A stretch of 63,121 nucleotides of DNA, the filler included, from Octopus bimaculoides (Eukaryota), in the NCBI RefSeq assembly GCF_001194135.2. It is 4 parts of 4 records of this genome, joined end to end, with 100 filler letters (N's around TTAATTAATTAA, not from the genome) between each part and the next. Parts side by side here need not be neighbours in the genome. Positions count along the whole stretch, not along the records: positions 25,208 to 44,194 come from NC_068999.1; positions 44,295 to 58,617 come from NC_068983.1; 2 more parts are not named here. One strand, given 5' to 3'. The stretch's first letter is position 1, and every line of letters begins with the position of its first letter. Shown here in pieces: positions 38,801-51,020 of the stretch. The translations under genes were made by a program, and so were the position numbers. The notes under the pieces are model-generated. The model was not told where the DNA came from. It saw nothing but the letters and a program-made list of their open reading frames with translations, and searched no databases.

Positions 38801-38833
38801 ATAGGTGTACATGCACACACATACATAAATATA

Positions 38834-39220
38834 TATATCATTGCTATATGTTAAACTGTCGTATGTCCAAATTTGACCAAATGCGTTTTTTTCCATATTT
38901 AATTTTGCTTGCAATAGCTGGTTCTTACGGTCAAACTATCGTATCGCCAGCTGCTTCAGATGAAAATTGTCAAAGTGTAGAACAACGGTCTAGCATTTTT
39001 CAAAAGTCTAGTAAGTCTCACATGTGACAGTTTTGCAAAAATATTTCCAACTGGAAATATATATGCATGGAGTTACAATTTTATGCACCCAACAAAGTAT
39101 TATTGTTAAGCTAAAACTATTCTTAATGTAAAAAAAAATGGAATGGTGAAACTATTTTTTCGTTTTCTGAAAAAGCAACATTTTGAACTTATGGTACTTT
39201 TGCATAATAGCAATGATATA
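38834..39220. mobile_element. MITE-like element with a 14-bp terminal inverted repeat
   Basis: TATATCATTGCTAT (38834-38847) and ATAGCAATGATATA (39207-39220) are exact reverse complements, in TA context. Confidence 0.6.
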
Positions 39221-39689
39221 TGTAAATATATATATACACATGCACATATATATACATATGAGTGTATGCATATATGTGTGTGTATATACATGTACACACA
39301 TGTGCACTCATACATATGAGCACATGTATATGCATACTAGTGTATATGTTTGTGTATGCATACTGGTGTGCATATGTATACCCGTATGTTTGTACACTTG
39401 TGCATGCATTTGTATTTATGTGTATGTACACACACACACACATATATATATGCACACAGGGTACACTTGTATATCCACTCACGCGTGCGTGCATATATAT
39501 ACTTGTGTGGCTGGGCATGTACAAGGAGTGAGAATATGTGTGTGGAGAGGCATGAACAAGAATTGGGGATTGGTGATTGGCGGCCCTGCACATGGGGGTT
39601 GGTTAGTGATACTAATCTTGGTGCAGGCAGTGCAAGGGAGCAGCTGGTGCTAAGGTGGTATATCCAGGTTGTTGGTGGCCAGTGGCTTG

Positions 39690-39952
39690 AAATTTACCAG
39701 TAGAGCATACCTCTGGTAACAGCAATAGGAGTGATCATACTTCTCGTTGACGAATATTGTGGGTTGGTAGAGGATTGCAGTTTTTTTGCAGAGGCAAAGC
39801 TGGCAATTAGGGACACTGGGTGAATATGGTGGTGTCCTATCAACAATAGTGCACTTGATGCTGGATGTTTCATCTTGGTGGTCATGGAGTCTCCAGAGAA
39901 AGGGAGACAGGGAAGTAGGGTTCTCTTTATCCCTGAATCTGAATGAGTGCAT
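39690..39952 (-). mobile_element. Penelope-like element GIY-YIG C-terminal fragment
   Basis: HSFRFRDKENPTSLSPFLWRL..IKCTIVDRTPPYSPSVPNCQLCLCKKTAIL..CYQRYALLVNFK resembles the HSFR..TELSKYIW..CNLCLxEK tail of PLE endonucleases. Confidence 0.75.
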
Positions 39953-39989
39953 GTGCTGGGAGTATCAATACGTAAGTATATATGTTACA

Positions 39990-40160
39990 TTACACTCTCT
40001 GAGTGGTTGGCGTTAGGAAGGGCATCCAGCTGTAGAAACTCTGCCAAATTAGATTGGAGCCTGGTGTTGCCATCCGGTTTCACCAGTCCTCAGTCAAATC
40101 GTCCAACCCATGCTAGCATGGAAAGCGGACGTTAAACGATGATGATGATGATGATGATGA
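39990..40160 (+). mobile_element. SINE 3' part ending in (GAT)n
   Basis: GGCGTTAGGAAGGGCATCCAGCTGTAGAAAC..CATGCTAGCATGGAAAGCGGACGTTAAACGATGATGATG; the same tail recurs at ~51170-51300, 53870 and ~55050-55185. Confidence 0.8.
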
Positions 40161-40170
40161 TATGTATGTA

Positions 40171-41424
40171 TAAAGTTGTCCAGAAAGTTCTGAGCATTTT
40201 TCAATATGCAAAAAGAGATATAAATAATTGACCTTTCAATAAATTTTATTCAATGAAATAATTTCCATTATTATTAATGACCTTTGCCCATCTATCAGGC
40301 AATTTAAATATTCTATCAATGTAAAATCTGACTAGTTTTGAAAAAAAAAAGTCATCTAGATGCATTTTGACTCCATCTAAATTGTTAAATGTTTTTCCTA
40401 GCAATGAGTTCTGTAGAGACAAAAACAAGTGGTAGTCAGAGAAAATGGCAGATGGTGTAAGAGATCCCAGTCAAATTCGTGTAATTTTGTTCAGACAGCC
40501 AAATATACATGTGATCGGGTATTGTCATTTTAGAACACTACCTCTTTCCTGTTGACAATCTCCAGCCTCAATTCTTTGATTTTTTGGTTCAAATTAGCCA
40601 GTTGATGACAGTACACATCAGAATTAATGGTCTGGTTTAGTGAAAGAAGCAGCCTTTATGATCCCACCAAACATAAAGCATAGCTGTTTTGGCATGGATA
40701 TTCATCTTTGATTGCTGTTTTGGGAGATCCTAATGTAAACTCCTGGATCTTTTCCACACCACGTTTTTGCACACAATCCATTTTTCATCTCCAGTTACAA
40801 GGTGTTTCAAAAAAGCATGCTTTCATTCCATTTCAAAAAGCATATCACAAACAGAAAACTGGTTCTAGCAATTCTTTTCTGAGAGTTTGTGAGGGACACA
40901 TACCTTATAGTAAGAAATGTATCCTAGTTTCACTAGGTGTTCATGAGCCATACTTTTAGAAACTTCCAACTCCTCTACAAGTTCTCTAGTTGTGATATTT
41001 AAGTTCTCTTTGATTTTTGTCTTCAAAATATCTTCATCCAATTTTGAAAGTTTTCCACTGCAACTGTCATCTTCCAAGCTAAACCCAGTTTTAAATTTTG
41101 CACACCACTTTCAAACAGTTGATTCACTTACAGCATCATCACCATAAACTTCACTAATGCTTTTGCAAGTCTTTGCAGCATTTTCTCCTTTTTTAAAAAA
41201 GAAAAGCATAACAACACAAATATGAAATTTTTGGTTATCCATTTCAAATGTTAATAAAGGGTAACTGGAATGAAAGATAAATCTATTTTTAGTCAGGAGC
41301 AAAGAAGAGACACCCAACCACTTGAAGCAATACCAAAGTTTTAACTGTGTTATGTTTCAAGTGTGTCCAATGAAGCATTAAAAGTTTTACCTTAAAAATA
41401 CTCAGAACTTTGCGGACAACCTAA
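40171..41424 (-). mobile_element. Full-length degenerate mariner transposon
   Basis: TIRs TAAAGTTGTCCAGAAAGTTCTGAGCATTTT and (revcomp) TTAGGTTGTCCGCAAAGTTCTGAGTATTTT, flanked by TA. Fragments: MLFFFKKGENAAKTC.., VPHKLSEKN, VTGDEKW, DNTRSH, SDYHLF, LPDRWAKVINNNGNYFIE*. Confidence 0.92.
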
Positions 41425-41562
41425 TATATATGTGTATATATATANNNNNNNNNNNNNNNNNNNNNNNNNNNNNNNNNNNNNNNNNNNNNNNNNNNNNNNN
41501 NNNNNNNNNNNNNNNNNNNNNNNNNNNNNNNNNNNNNNNNNNNNNNNNNNNNNNNNNNNNNN

Positions 41563-41901
41563 TATAATATAAGGAAAAATGAAGGGTTTGAACACGGAAA
41601 AATAAATCAATTTATTTATATAATATTCAATTTTAGATTGCCTACATACGTTTCAATTTCTTACCTTTATTCATATTTTTGCAATTATGGATGGAGTCTC
41701 CATCTCTTAGGATGTGAACAAATTTTTGTCAATTTTTGCCCTGAAGAGATTTTTACTTTTTAAATGCATAATGCAATCTTAATTGCAAAAACATGAATAA
41801 AGGTAAGAAATTGAAATGTACATAGGTGATATGAAATTGACTATTACATAAATAAATTGATTTCTTCTGTGTTCAAAGTCTCTATTTTTCCTTATATTAT
41901 A
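41563..41901. mobile_element. Palindromic MITE with ~120-bp inverted arms
   Basis: TATAATATAAGGAAAAAT..TTTCAATTTCTTACCTTTATTCATATTTTTGCAATTA pairs with TAATTGCAAAAACATGAATAAAGGTAAGAAATTGAAA..ATTTTTCCTTATATTATA. Confidence 0.85.
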
Positions 41902-42106
41902 TTATCAAAATTCTGTTTCCTATATCGAATGGATGAAAACATCTATAATGACAACTGGAACTTCAAAAGTGTTAACACTAATACTAACACAAATTAATGA
42001 ATTCCAAGTATATAATCAATACGGAGCTAAACTAGTGTACAATTGGATAAAATCCATTCTGTGAAAAAGCAACCTCTTTCCATTCGAAACTTCATAAATG
42101 CTCGGG

Positions 42107-42223
<117 letters not shown>

Positions 42224-42360
42224 TAATATTTAATCCTGAAAATATTATCTATGTAACACATGCACTCATTAATTTTTTACCTATATATATAAAATATTTA
42301 ATCCTGAAAATATTATTTCTGTAATGCATGCACTCATTAATTTTTTACCTTTATATACAT

Positions 42361-44050
42361 ACTAGCAAAGATACCTGGCATTGCCCGTGTCACATGGAAT
42401 TGAAGAATTAGACTCTTCTGTTATATTTTCTCTAATGAAGGACAATACCTATGATTCGAATTTCATCAAAATTGCAGATGAAGAATTTTAATGAGGGTTC
42501 TTTCCGTCTTTACACACTCTGACAAAAATTCTAATCATGACACATGTATCCCATACTACTGATCTTTATGCCCAGATTCCGAAATTCCAATCTTATGGAA
42601 CCTGTTAAAAGGCTTTTGCTCCTGAAAAATGGAGGAGCTCATGGAGCTCTAAAATGTGGGAGTTAAGGCCCCTATTGGGGGTGGGTGTCTTAAAGTCAAC
42701 CAGAAAAGTTTAGTTGTTGGGAATCTTTTTAACTTGGGTCTTATATCCATTATTTAAATTTCTTTGAAATCGAAAATATATCTATGTTCACTAGATTTGT
42801 AAAAGAGAGCAAAGCTACAGGAAACCAAAAGACTAATGATCGCAATAAGCAGTCGGCTACCCTACCTTAGTCGTTACCACTCCCCAATGTAGGATTCCTC
42901 ACCATACAGGTGACGGGCACAGCGGTAAGATGCATTACAGATCTATAGCTAAGGGGAAATGAAAGTGTCACCTCTGGAGTTTGCCAATGATCACTATGCC
43001 AATAGGTAACTGGACAGAATAAATTTGCAATCTATAAATGTCTTTGAATAACTAGTCACTTATCTGGGAAGGCCTTGAAATCAATGTTACCACCTGGGGA
43101 CTATGTGTGACCCAGTGATAATAAAAAGACTCAAAGGAGGTCTGCAACCAAATAACTTTACTCAACACTTTGCAACTGAATCAGTGGAGGCAAAGATGCC
43201 TCTCCTTTACTTGACATTTTTTGCACCATATTACAGAAATCACAATCTAAGCATATTTCAAAGCAAAGTCTTACACTGTTGTACCACTGAATTACAAATA
43301 ACGCTCATCTTTTATGTTCAGGTGACCCTACAGTTTCCAAGAGTACAATTGTATTTGTCTTTGCTTAAGAAAAATGACTAAATTGTGGGTGTTAAGTCCC
43401 TATGAAGAGGTCTTTCTAACTTCCAAGAAGTTAAAATTTTAGAAATATTACTTCATTTGTGTCTAATATCTATGGTTAAAATGTCATCAACAGCAAAAAT
43501 ATAAGAATTTTCATGGGGGTTATGGCCTCATTTATGCCCCCTCACTTTCAAAAATATACTGCATTACATCTGCCCTTATGCACAGAATATAATTTCCAAA
43601 TTTCATAAAAATCCATTCAGTACTTTTGATCTAGTTTTGGATCATAAAAAAATGACTAAAATTTGGGAGTTAAGGCCCCCATTAGGGGGTCTTAGAAGCC
43701 TCATGATAAGTGGAAACTTTGGGAATACTTCTTGATGTGTGTCAATCACCCATGGTTGAAATTTCATCAACATTGAAAGTTTATGAATTTTCATGGGAGA
43801 TTCTGTCCTATTAAGCCATCTCAAATTCAAACCAAACATACTGCATTATACCCGCCCTTATGCATTGAATCTAAGTTCCAAATATCATAAGGATCCATTC
43901 AGTAATTTTGGTCCATGAAATTGTATGAAACACACAGCATTACCCTTCTCCTTAGGCTTGGATTTTGTGTTCCAAACTTCATTAGGATCGGTGCAGTAGT
44001 TTTCGAATGTATAAGTAACACACAAAGACATTGACTTTTATATAATAGAT
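42361..44050 (+). mobile_element. Helentron/DINE-1 (HINE)-like non-autonomous element with internal tandem repeats, tentative
   Basis: Start ACTAGCAAAGATACCTGGCATTGCCCG; end CATTGACTTTTATATAATAGAT; two ~280-bp related units at ~43369-43647 and ~43648-43915. Confidence 0.55.
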
Positions 44051-44129
44051 ATGAATATGCACATATACATACATGTATATGTGTGTGTGTGTGTGTGTGT
44101 ATTATATATATATATTTATATATACATAC

Positions 44130-44194
<65 letters not shown>

Positions 44195-44294
44195 NNNNNN
44201 NNNNNNNNNNNNNNNNNNNNNNNNNNNNNNNNNNNNNNTTAATTAATTAANNNNNNNNNNNNNNNNNNNNNNNNNNNNNNNNNNNNNNNNNNNN
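44195..44294. other. Artificial assembly linker (44N + TTAATTAATTAA + 44N)
   Basis: Identical structure to 25108-25207. Confidence 0.9.
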
Positions 44295-44329
44295 TATATA
44301 TATATATAAATATATACACATACCATTAA

Positions 44330-44657
44330 AGTAAAAGTATCTGTCATTACAGTATCGAAATGTGACTGTTTCAGTTAGTGGAATAGTTTCATTTTTAAAG
44401 TGAAAGTATTTGACATGAGTGTTTTTGTTTCACTTTTGACACGTAATACTTAAATAGTGGAGGAGATATTATGTTGCCGTGGGCTTAAACTCTGCAAGAA
44501 GTTAAACATTTTTTTTTACTAAAACACAACTGGAACCCTAAGTAAGACATATGTAAAATTTGAATGAAATTGGTTGTGTAGTTCTCGAGTTTTAGGGAAA
44601 CACACAGACAGACAGACAGACAGACAGACACACATTCTCATTTTTATATATATAGAT
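44330..44657 (+). mobile_element. HINE/DINE-like element 3' part
   Basis: 44420-44657 is near-identical to 25208-25440; ends CATTCTCATTTTTATATATATAGAT. Confidence 0.55.
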
Positions 44658-44674
44658 TATTATCATTAATAATA

Positions 44675-44842
44675 GGCACAGGTGTGGCTGTGCAGTAAGA
44701 AGTTTGCTTTTCAACCATATAGCTCCAGGTTCAGTCCCACTGCATGGTACCTTGGGCAAGTGTCTTCTACTATAGCCTTGGGTTGATCAACTGTGTGAGT
44801 GAATTTGGTAGACAGAAACTGAAAGAAGCCCGTTGTGCATAT

Positions 44843-44927
<85 letters not shown>

Positions 44928-45115
44928 TTGTGTTTCTTGACAACTGATGTTGGTGTATTTACATCTCCGTGACTTAATGGTTCGGCAAAAGAGACCATTA
45001 GAACAAATACTAGGCTTACAAAGAATAAGTTCTGGGGTTGATTTGTTCGACTTAATGCAGTGCTCTAGCATGGCCACAGTCAAATGACTGAAACACATAA
45101 AAGAATAAAAGAATT
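44675..45115 (+). mobile_element. Full-length tRNA-derived SINE (main family) with a long internal (TG)n
   Basis: AGGCACAGGTGTGGCTGTGCAGTAAG head; tail GTGCTCTAGCATGGCCACAGTCAAATGACTGAAAC. Confidence 0.85.
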
Positions 45116-45339
45116 ACCATTATCCTCCACAGCTCTTCAATATCCTCCTGAAGGACCTGAGAGACCTGCATGAGGTGGATGTAGGTATCTTCAAAATAAA
45201 GTTGGACCTCTTCCTGTCGTCCCAGATGAACCAACTTCACGACAGGAGTTGCAGATGATGGCAGCAGCATCAAACTCTCTCATGCACCAAATGTCAATTC
45301 CTGAAGTAAAATTCGTGAAGTAAAATTATGTAGCAACAC

Positions 45340-45570
45340 CAAACCAGCATGGCCACAGCTCATGATCGTAAGAGTGTGGTTTCGATTCCTGGACCGGGTG
45401 ACGTGTTATATTCTTGAGCAAAACACTTCATTTCACATTGCTCCAGTCCACTCAGCAGGCAAAAATGAGTAACGCTGCGATGGACTGGCGTCTTGTCCAG
45501 CTGGGGAACACATACGCCATTGAAACCGGGAAACCGGGCCCATGAACCTGGCTAGGCTTTAAAAGGGCGT
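45340..45570 (+). mobile_element. tRNA-derived SINE, third family (central domain resembles Meta/V-type SINE domains)
   Basis: GGTTTCGATTCCTGG B-box, then TTCTTGAGCAAAACACTTCATTTCACATTGCTCCAG..CTGCGATGGACTGGCGTC.TGTCCAG; minus-strand relative at ~60080-60385. Confidence 0.65.
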
Positions 45571-46399
45571 ATTTATTTTTTATTTTTTGTCATCATCATC
45601 ATCATCATGATGAAAGAAAATTAGCCAGCAGAGTTGTTCCTGCTCCAGGCAAAGAACTCAGTGGTATTTCTTCTGGTTCTTTAGGTTCTGAGTTCAAATN
45701 NNNNNNNNNATACGCCATTGAAACCGGGAAACCGGGCCCATGAACCTGGCTAGGCTTTAAAAGGGCGTATTTATTTTTTATTTTTTGTCATCATCATCAT
45801 CATCATCATGAAAGAAAATGAGCCAGCAGAGTTGTTCCTGCTCCAGGCAAAGAACTCAGTGGTATTTCTTCTGGTTCTTTAGGTTCTGAGTTCAAATACT
45901 GTCAGGGTCAACTTTGCCTTTCATTCTTTCAGCATCAATAAAATAAGGAGCAGTTGAATACTGGGGTAAATTTAATTGGTTTACTCCTTCTCTGAAATTG
46001 CTGGCTTTGTGCCAAAATTTGAAGCCGTTATTACTGAGTTGAGGTTTTGTGAAAATTAGAAAGAATTATTATTATCATTATGGAGGCAGCAAGCTGGCAG
46101 AATCATTAGCAGACCCGACAAAATGTTTAATGGCATTTCGTCTGTCTTTACATTCTGAGTTCAAATTCTGCCACAGTCAACTTTGTCTTTCATCTTTATG
46201 AGGTCAATAAAATAAGTACCAGTTGCACACTGGTGTCAATTTAACGAAGTTATCCCTCCCCTAAAAATTGCAGGCTTTGTGTCAAAATTTGAAAGACCTA
46301 TTATTATGGATTAAACTTTTGAAAAGGGGCTGTGTCCATTGTCCCAGCAATCTCTCAGAGATTCATGAGATTGGTGAAACCACTGAGGTTAGCATTTCT

Positions 46400-46720
46400 A
46401 TTTAACAGTTGCAACTTAATAGCTGTGGGAAACATGCACAAGAAAGGAATTCGAGTGGACTGATGTTATGGCCTGGGGAAGAAGGACTGCTTATAATAGG
46501 CCTTGGGTGGGGGTTGGGATATCTAGTATTTGTGGCAAAAGGACAGACAAGTTGGAAGTTGCTTGAGCAGAGACAGGGTGAGACAAGTCTGATGTGAGAT
46601 GCAGAAACTATGATAGTTGTGATAGAAAAGTAGAGAGAGGGGAGACAGCATGTCTGGAGGCTAGAACATGGAGTGTTTTCGTGTACTGAATGGACTAAAT
46701 ATTTAGGATTGTGAGTTCAG
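46400..46720 (-). mobile_element. Jockey/CR1-like LINE 3' fragment, decayed
   Basis: Minus strand gives RHAVSP, shifted LLFYHNYHSFC, and YKQSFFPR, resembling RRNVASLSLFYRYYHGxC..YxNSFFPR LINE tails. Confidence 0.5.
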
Positions 46721-47532
46721 TTATCATTCTTTCAAATCTTCTACAAACATTCTATTAAATTTTTAGGCTGAGTAATTACTGCATTTATTTGTGTGTAATG
46801 TGAGAAATTTTATAGATAACAACTGGGTCGCAATTGGTGAGGGTAACATTATGTCAAATATGATAAAAAAAATTCAGATATTCTTTTATTCTTTTTCTTG
46901 TTTCAGTTCTTTGAATGCGGCCATGCTGGAGCACCACCTTGAAGGGATTTAGTTGACGAAATCTACCCCTGGACTTATACTTTGTAAGCCTAGTACTTAT
47001 TCTACCAGTCTCTATTGCCATACTGTTAAGTCATGGGGGATGTAAACACAACTGACATCGGTTGTTAAGTGATGGTCGGGGGACAAACGTAGACACAAAG
47101 ACACATATATATAAATATATACATGCATATAGGTGCAGCATGGCTGTGTGGTAAGAAGCTTGCTTCCCAACCATATGGTTTCAGATTCAGTCCCACTGCA
47201 TGACACCTTGGGCAGTGTCTTCTGTTATAGCCTTGTGAGTGGATTTGATAGATAGAAACACTCAAATGGTGCTATTTATGTGCCACTGGCATGGAAGCCA
47301 GACAGCTGCTCCGGCAATGATCACATTCGGACAGTGCTCTTAGCACACCACTGGCACAGGTGCCAGTCATTGAATTTGGTTCAATTACGATTTCGATTTC
47401 AATTTCACTTGCCCCAACAGGTCTTCGCAAGCAGAGTTTAGTGTCCAATGAAGGAGATGTTGGCATGGATGCTAGTCGTCGAATTTGGTTCGATTTTGAT
47501 TTCGATTTATATATATAATATACATACATATT

Positions 47533-48453
47533 TTGGGTCATCCCATAAATAATGCATTTTTTCAATTGCATCAACTAAAAGTTGGATGGGGACAGGATAA
47601 ACTACCTGCATCAACTTGCTATAAAAGTAGGTAGCAATCTATCTTGTACTTATTCTTAGTGCAAAGTCTGAAGCGTGTAGTTCGATTTTAACAATTACTT
47701 TTTTCAAAGTTATAATGGATGTGATAAAGGTGCGTATTCAGCATATTTTGCTTTATGAGTTCAATAAAGGTAATGACAACAGAAAACGCAAGGAATATTA
47801 ATGCGGTATATGGGGATCAGACAATAAGCGTAAGACAGAATCAACAGTGGTTCCAGAAATTCTGAGCCAGAAATTACAGCCTAGAAGACGAGTCTCGTCC
47901 TGGCAGATCTGTAGAGCTTGATGAGGACATCCTGCAAAACCTAGTGGCACAAAATCCTATCATAACTGTTGAGGAACTAGCAGAGAAGCTTGGGTTTGGT
48001 CATTTGACCAGTCATTTGAGTCAGTGCCAGAAGAAAAACAACCATCTTTGGTTTCAAGATGAAAGGTGTTCTTCCATGAGGATAATGCTCAGCCACATAC
48101 AGGGAGGATGACATTCCAAAGGCTGGAGCAGTTTGAAAGGGAAGCGATGCCCCACCCACCATATTCGCTGGACATTGCCCCATCTGATTATCATTTATTC
48201 CACAGTCTTCAAAATCATTTGGACAGAAAAAATATGAATCCTGTAGACGAGGTCACAACAATACTGGAGGAGTATTTTTCGTCATGGACAAGTGAATTTT
48301 GGAAGAGGGGCCTTGCAAGTCTACCAGATAGATGGAAGAACATTGTAGAAAATGAAGGAGAGTATATTTTAGATTAAAAAAGAACTTTGTTTATCTTAAT
48401 TTTGAAAAATTAAAGAAGTATTAAAAAATCACATTATCTATGGGATGACCCAG
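47533..48453 (+). mobile_element. Internally deleted mariner (DD34D-type) transposon
   Basis: TIRs TTGGGTCATCCCATAAATAATG and (revcomp) CTGGGTCATCCCATAGATAATG, with TA at the right end. ORF 48066-48377 reads EDNAQPH..HPPYSLDIAPSDYHLF..LPDRWKNIVENEGEYILD*. Confidence 0.9.
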
Positions 48454-49547
48454 TATGTGTGTGTGTGTGTGTGTACAATGGACCTCCATGCAGTTTGAAC
48501 CTACCAAACTCACTCACAAGGCATTGGTTAGTTCAGGACTTTAGCCAAAGACACTTGCCAAAGGTACTGTATAGTAGGACTGAACGCAAAACCTGGTTGC
48601 TAAGTGATCTTCTTAACCACACAAGAAACCAAAGTTCTCCACTGTCCTTGTTGATCATTATAATCTATGAATTGAACATTTTTCTAACTTCCTTTCACAT
48701 CAGTAAATTCTGGGGAGTTTTATATAATTCTCTTTCAAGACTTTTGCATCATTCTCTCTCTTACAGCATATATACAACAATAGATCAGATAACTGTAATT
48801 CTCTGCTGAATCATTTGTCAGCTTTATCTCATATCCAAGAATTTATTTTCTTCTTTGCTGAGTGCTTCCTTTATGGTGATGGCATTGATGACTCTGCAGA
48901 CCAATTCTTGCATAGAAAAGTCGATAGCATTGACTGCATGGCAACGTTGGTGGAGGACAAGGTTGATTTTGTTGAACCTTTCTCTCCTGTCATTTGATTT
49001 CTTCCTTTTCTCTTCTGGAAGCTTCAAAGTTTTTGGTTCCAATGGTGACAGAACACTGTCAATTAAGAAACACAATACTGTGTCCTGTGCAAGACTTAAG
49101 CTCAGGGTTTACGAACCTGTAGTCTAGAATTTTGACTTCTTACCCAGCATATCTGTGAATGTTATTTCATGACAACCTAACGTGAAGGTGCATAGTTTAG
49201 TGGTTTGGGTATTCCGGTTACAATCATAAGGTCACAAGTTCAATTCCTTGAGCAAGACTTTTATTTCACATTGCTCCAGTTCATTCCGCTGGCAAAAATG
49301 AGTCATACCAGTAATTCAAAATGTCAGCCTTGTCATATCCTGTATAATGCTGAATCTCCGTGAGAACCACGTTAAGAGTTACACATGTCTATGGAGTGCT
49401 CAGCTACTTGCATGTTAATTTCATAAGCAGGCTGTCCCATCATTTGGATCAACTGAAACCCTCATCATCATAACTGATGGAGCACCAATTATAATCTAAT
49501 ATCACGACTATTTTGATCTATTTCAGATAAGCACAGAACGACATAGT

Positions 49548-49987
49548 TTTAATTCTTTTGTTACCAACCTGCCCAAGGCCATCCTTGGATCTTTACTGCA
49601 AACTCTCTATTTTAAAGTTGATCTAAAATAAAATCTTCCATCAAAATTTTTTGTCAGTTGTTCCAAAGCACCATATTAATAATAATAAACTTATTTTACA
49701 AAATTTTTCATTATTTAATTGAAACAGAAACACTATATTTCAACAGTAAAATGATAACAAGAGGATTAACACTTTTGATACCAATCTACATGAGACCAGC
49801 CCAGAATAAATTTCCTGTTTCCAAGTGATCTCAACTAAAACCTTCCATCAAAATTTCATTTTGATATATGTTTCAAACACATGATTAATAATGACAATGG
49901 TATTTCACTAAATACTTCATTATTTTAAAAATTAATTGAAACAGACTCAGTGTATTTTAACGGAAGTATAATAACGAAAGGGTTAAT
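49548..49987. mobile_element. Tandem dimer of a ~220-bp TTAA-bounded MITE
   Basis: Unit 1 TTAATTCTTTTGTTACCAA..GATAACAAGAGGATTAA; unit 2 TTAACACTTTTGATACCAA..ATAACGAAAGGGTTAA. They share internal CTTCCATCAAAATTT and TTAATTGAAACAGA and a central TTAA. Confidence 0.65.
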
Positions 49988-50569
49988 AACTTGACAGATG
50001 GGGAGTTGTGATGCATATCTTTTTGACAGCATATTTACAGGATGAATGCTAACGTTACCAGGAAACCAAAAGAGAACTAGAATTATAGTGCTTGGAGCTT
50101 GCTATTTTTTTCAGCAGTACTAACATTATTTTTGTAGTGTGACTGTAGAGGTAACTCATTTTATTTGTAGCTGAGAATCAAAACTGTAGCCCTGAATACA
50201 TGGTTAGACATCACAAGCAAACCACCATAGTTTCATGTGATTGGTCTACTAACCACCCAATCAGCACAACGCAATGGCATGGACAGGTTTTCTTGAACAT
50301 TCTAGAATTTGACTTCTGGTCCCCTATAAAAACCATTTGCATGCATTTTTACCAGCCAGATGACCCAGGAAGGTAGCTACAATGAATGGCACAGATAGAT
50401 GACAGGAACCTTTGTCATCACTGATATAACACAATTGTTTCCAGCTATGTTGGGCAAGCTGCACGTTGCCTTATCAATAGCTTACAGTAAACTCCAAGCA
50501 GTATCTCTCTCTCTCTCTCAGAACGTAATTATCGCTGTTGTTATCTGTAAAAGACCATAACAGGTGATC

Positions 50570-51020
50570 AAGTGTCGAATAAGAGAAAAGAACAAGAAAG
50601 AAATTCAAAGAGAACTTGCTAAACAGATTGAAGAGAAACTGTTGCATGATCGTAGAAAGCCACTGAGAATGTATGTGGAACAAAAACCTGGGCTTGGTTG
50701 AAAAAGGGCAATTGAGAAAAGAAACAGAGAGCCTTATACTAGCAGCTCAAAGTCAAGCGTTAAAAACAAATAACTTGAGAAAATATGTGTATGGGAAGAC
50801 GGAATTAACAGAATGTAGAGTGTGTGGAATTTGGGATGAAACAATGGCACACATTGTAACAGGATGTCCCAAGTTGATTCAGGGAGAATATAACAAATGG
50901 AGGCATGACCAAATTGTAAAAGTTTTGCACTGGAAGCTTTGTCATAAACGGGGGTTTGAAACTAGAAGTACTTGGCTAATCATTAGGTTGAAAAGTGCTT
51001 GAGTCAGAGAAAAGCAGTAT
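50570..51020 (+). mobile_element. R4/Dong-like non-LTR retrotransposon fragment (zinc knuckle region)
   Basis: LRKETESLILAAQSQALKTN..CRVCGIWDETMAHIVTGCPKLIQGEYNKWRHDQIVKVLHWKLC: CCHC knuckle plus RHD motif typical of REL-type LINEs. Confidence 0.85.

Noticed and set aside
45524-45895. ~175-bp direct duplication around a 10-N gap
   Set aside because: Near-identical copies either side of a minimal gap indicate overlapping contig ends.
48824-49075. 83-aa minus-strand ORF (..DFSMQELVCRVINAITIKEAL..)
   Set aside because: No clear family; probably a decayed LINE piece; not PP2C-like.
50400-50500. YVGQAARCLINSLQ* on +, GIY-YIG-like
   Set aside because: Too short and interrupted by stops to call.
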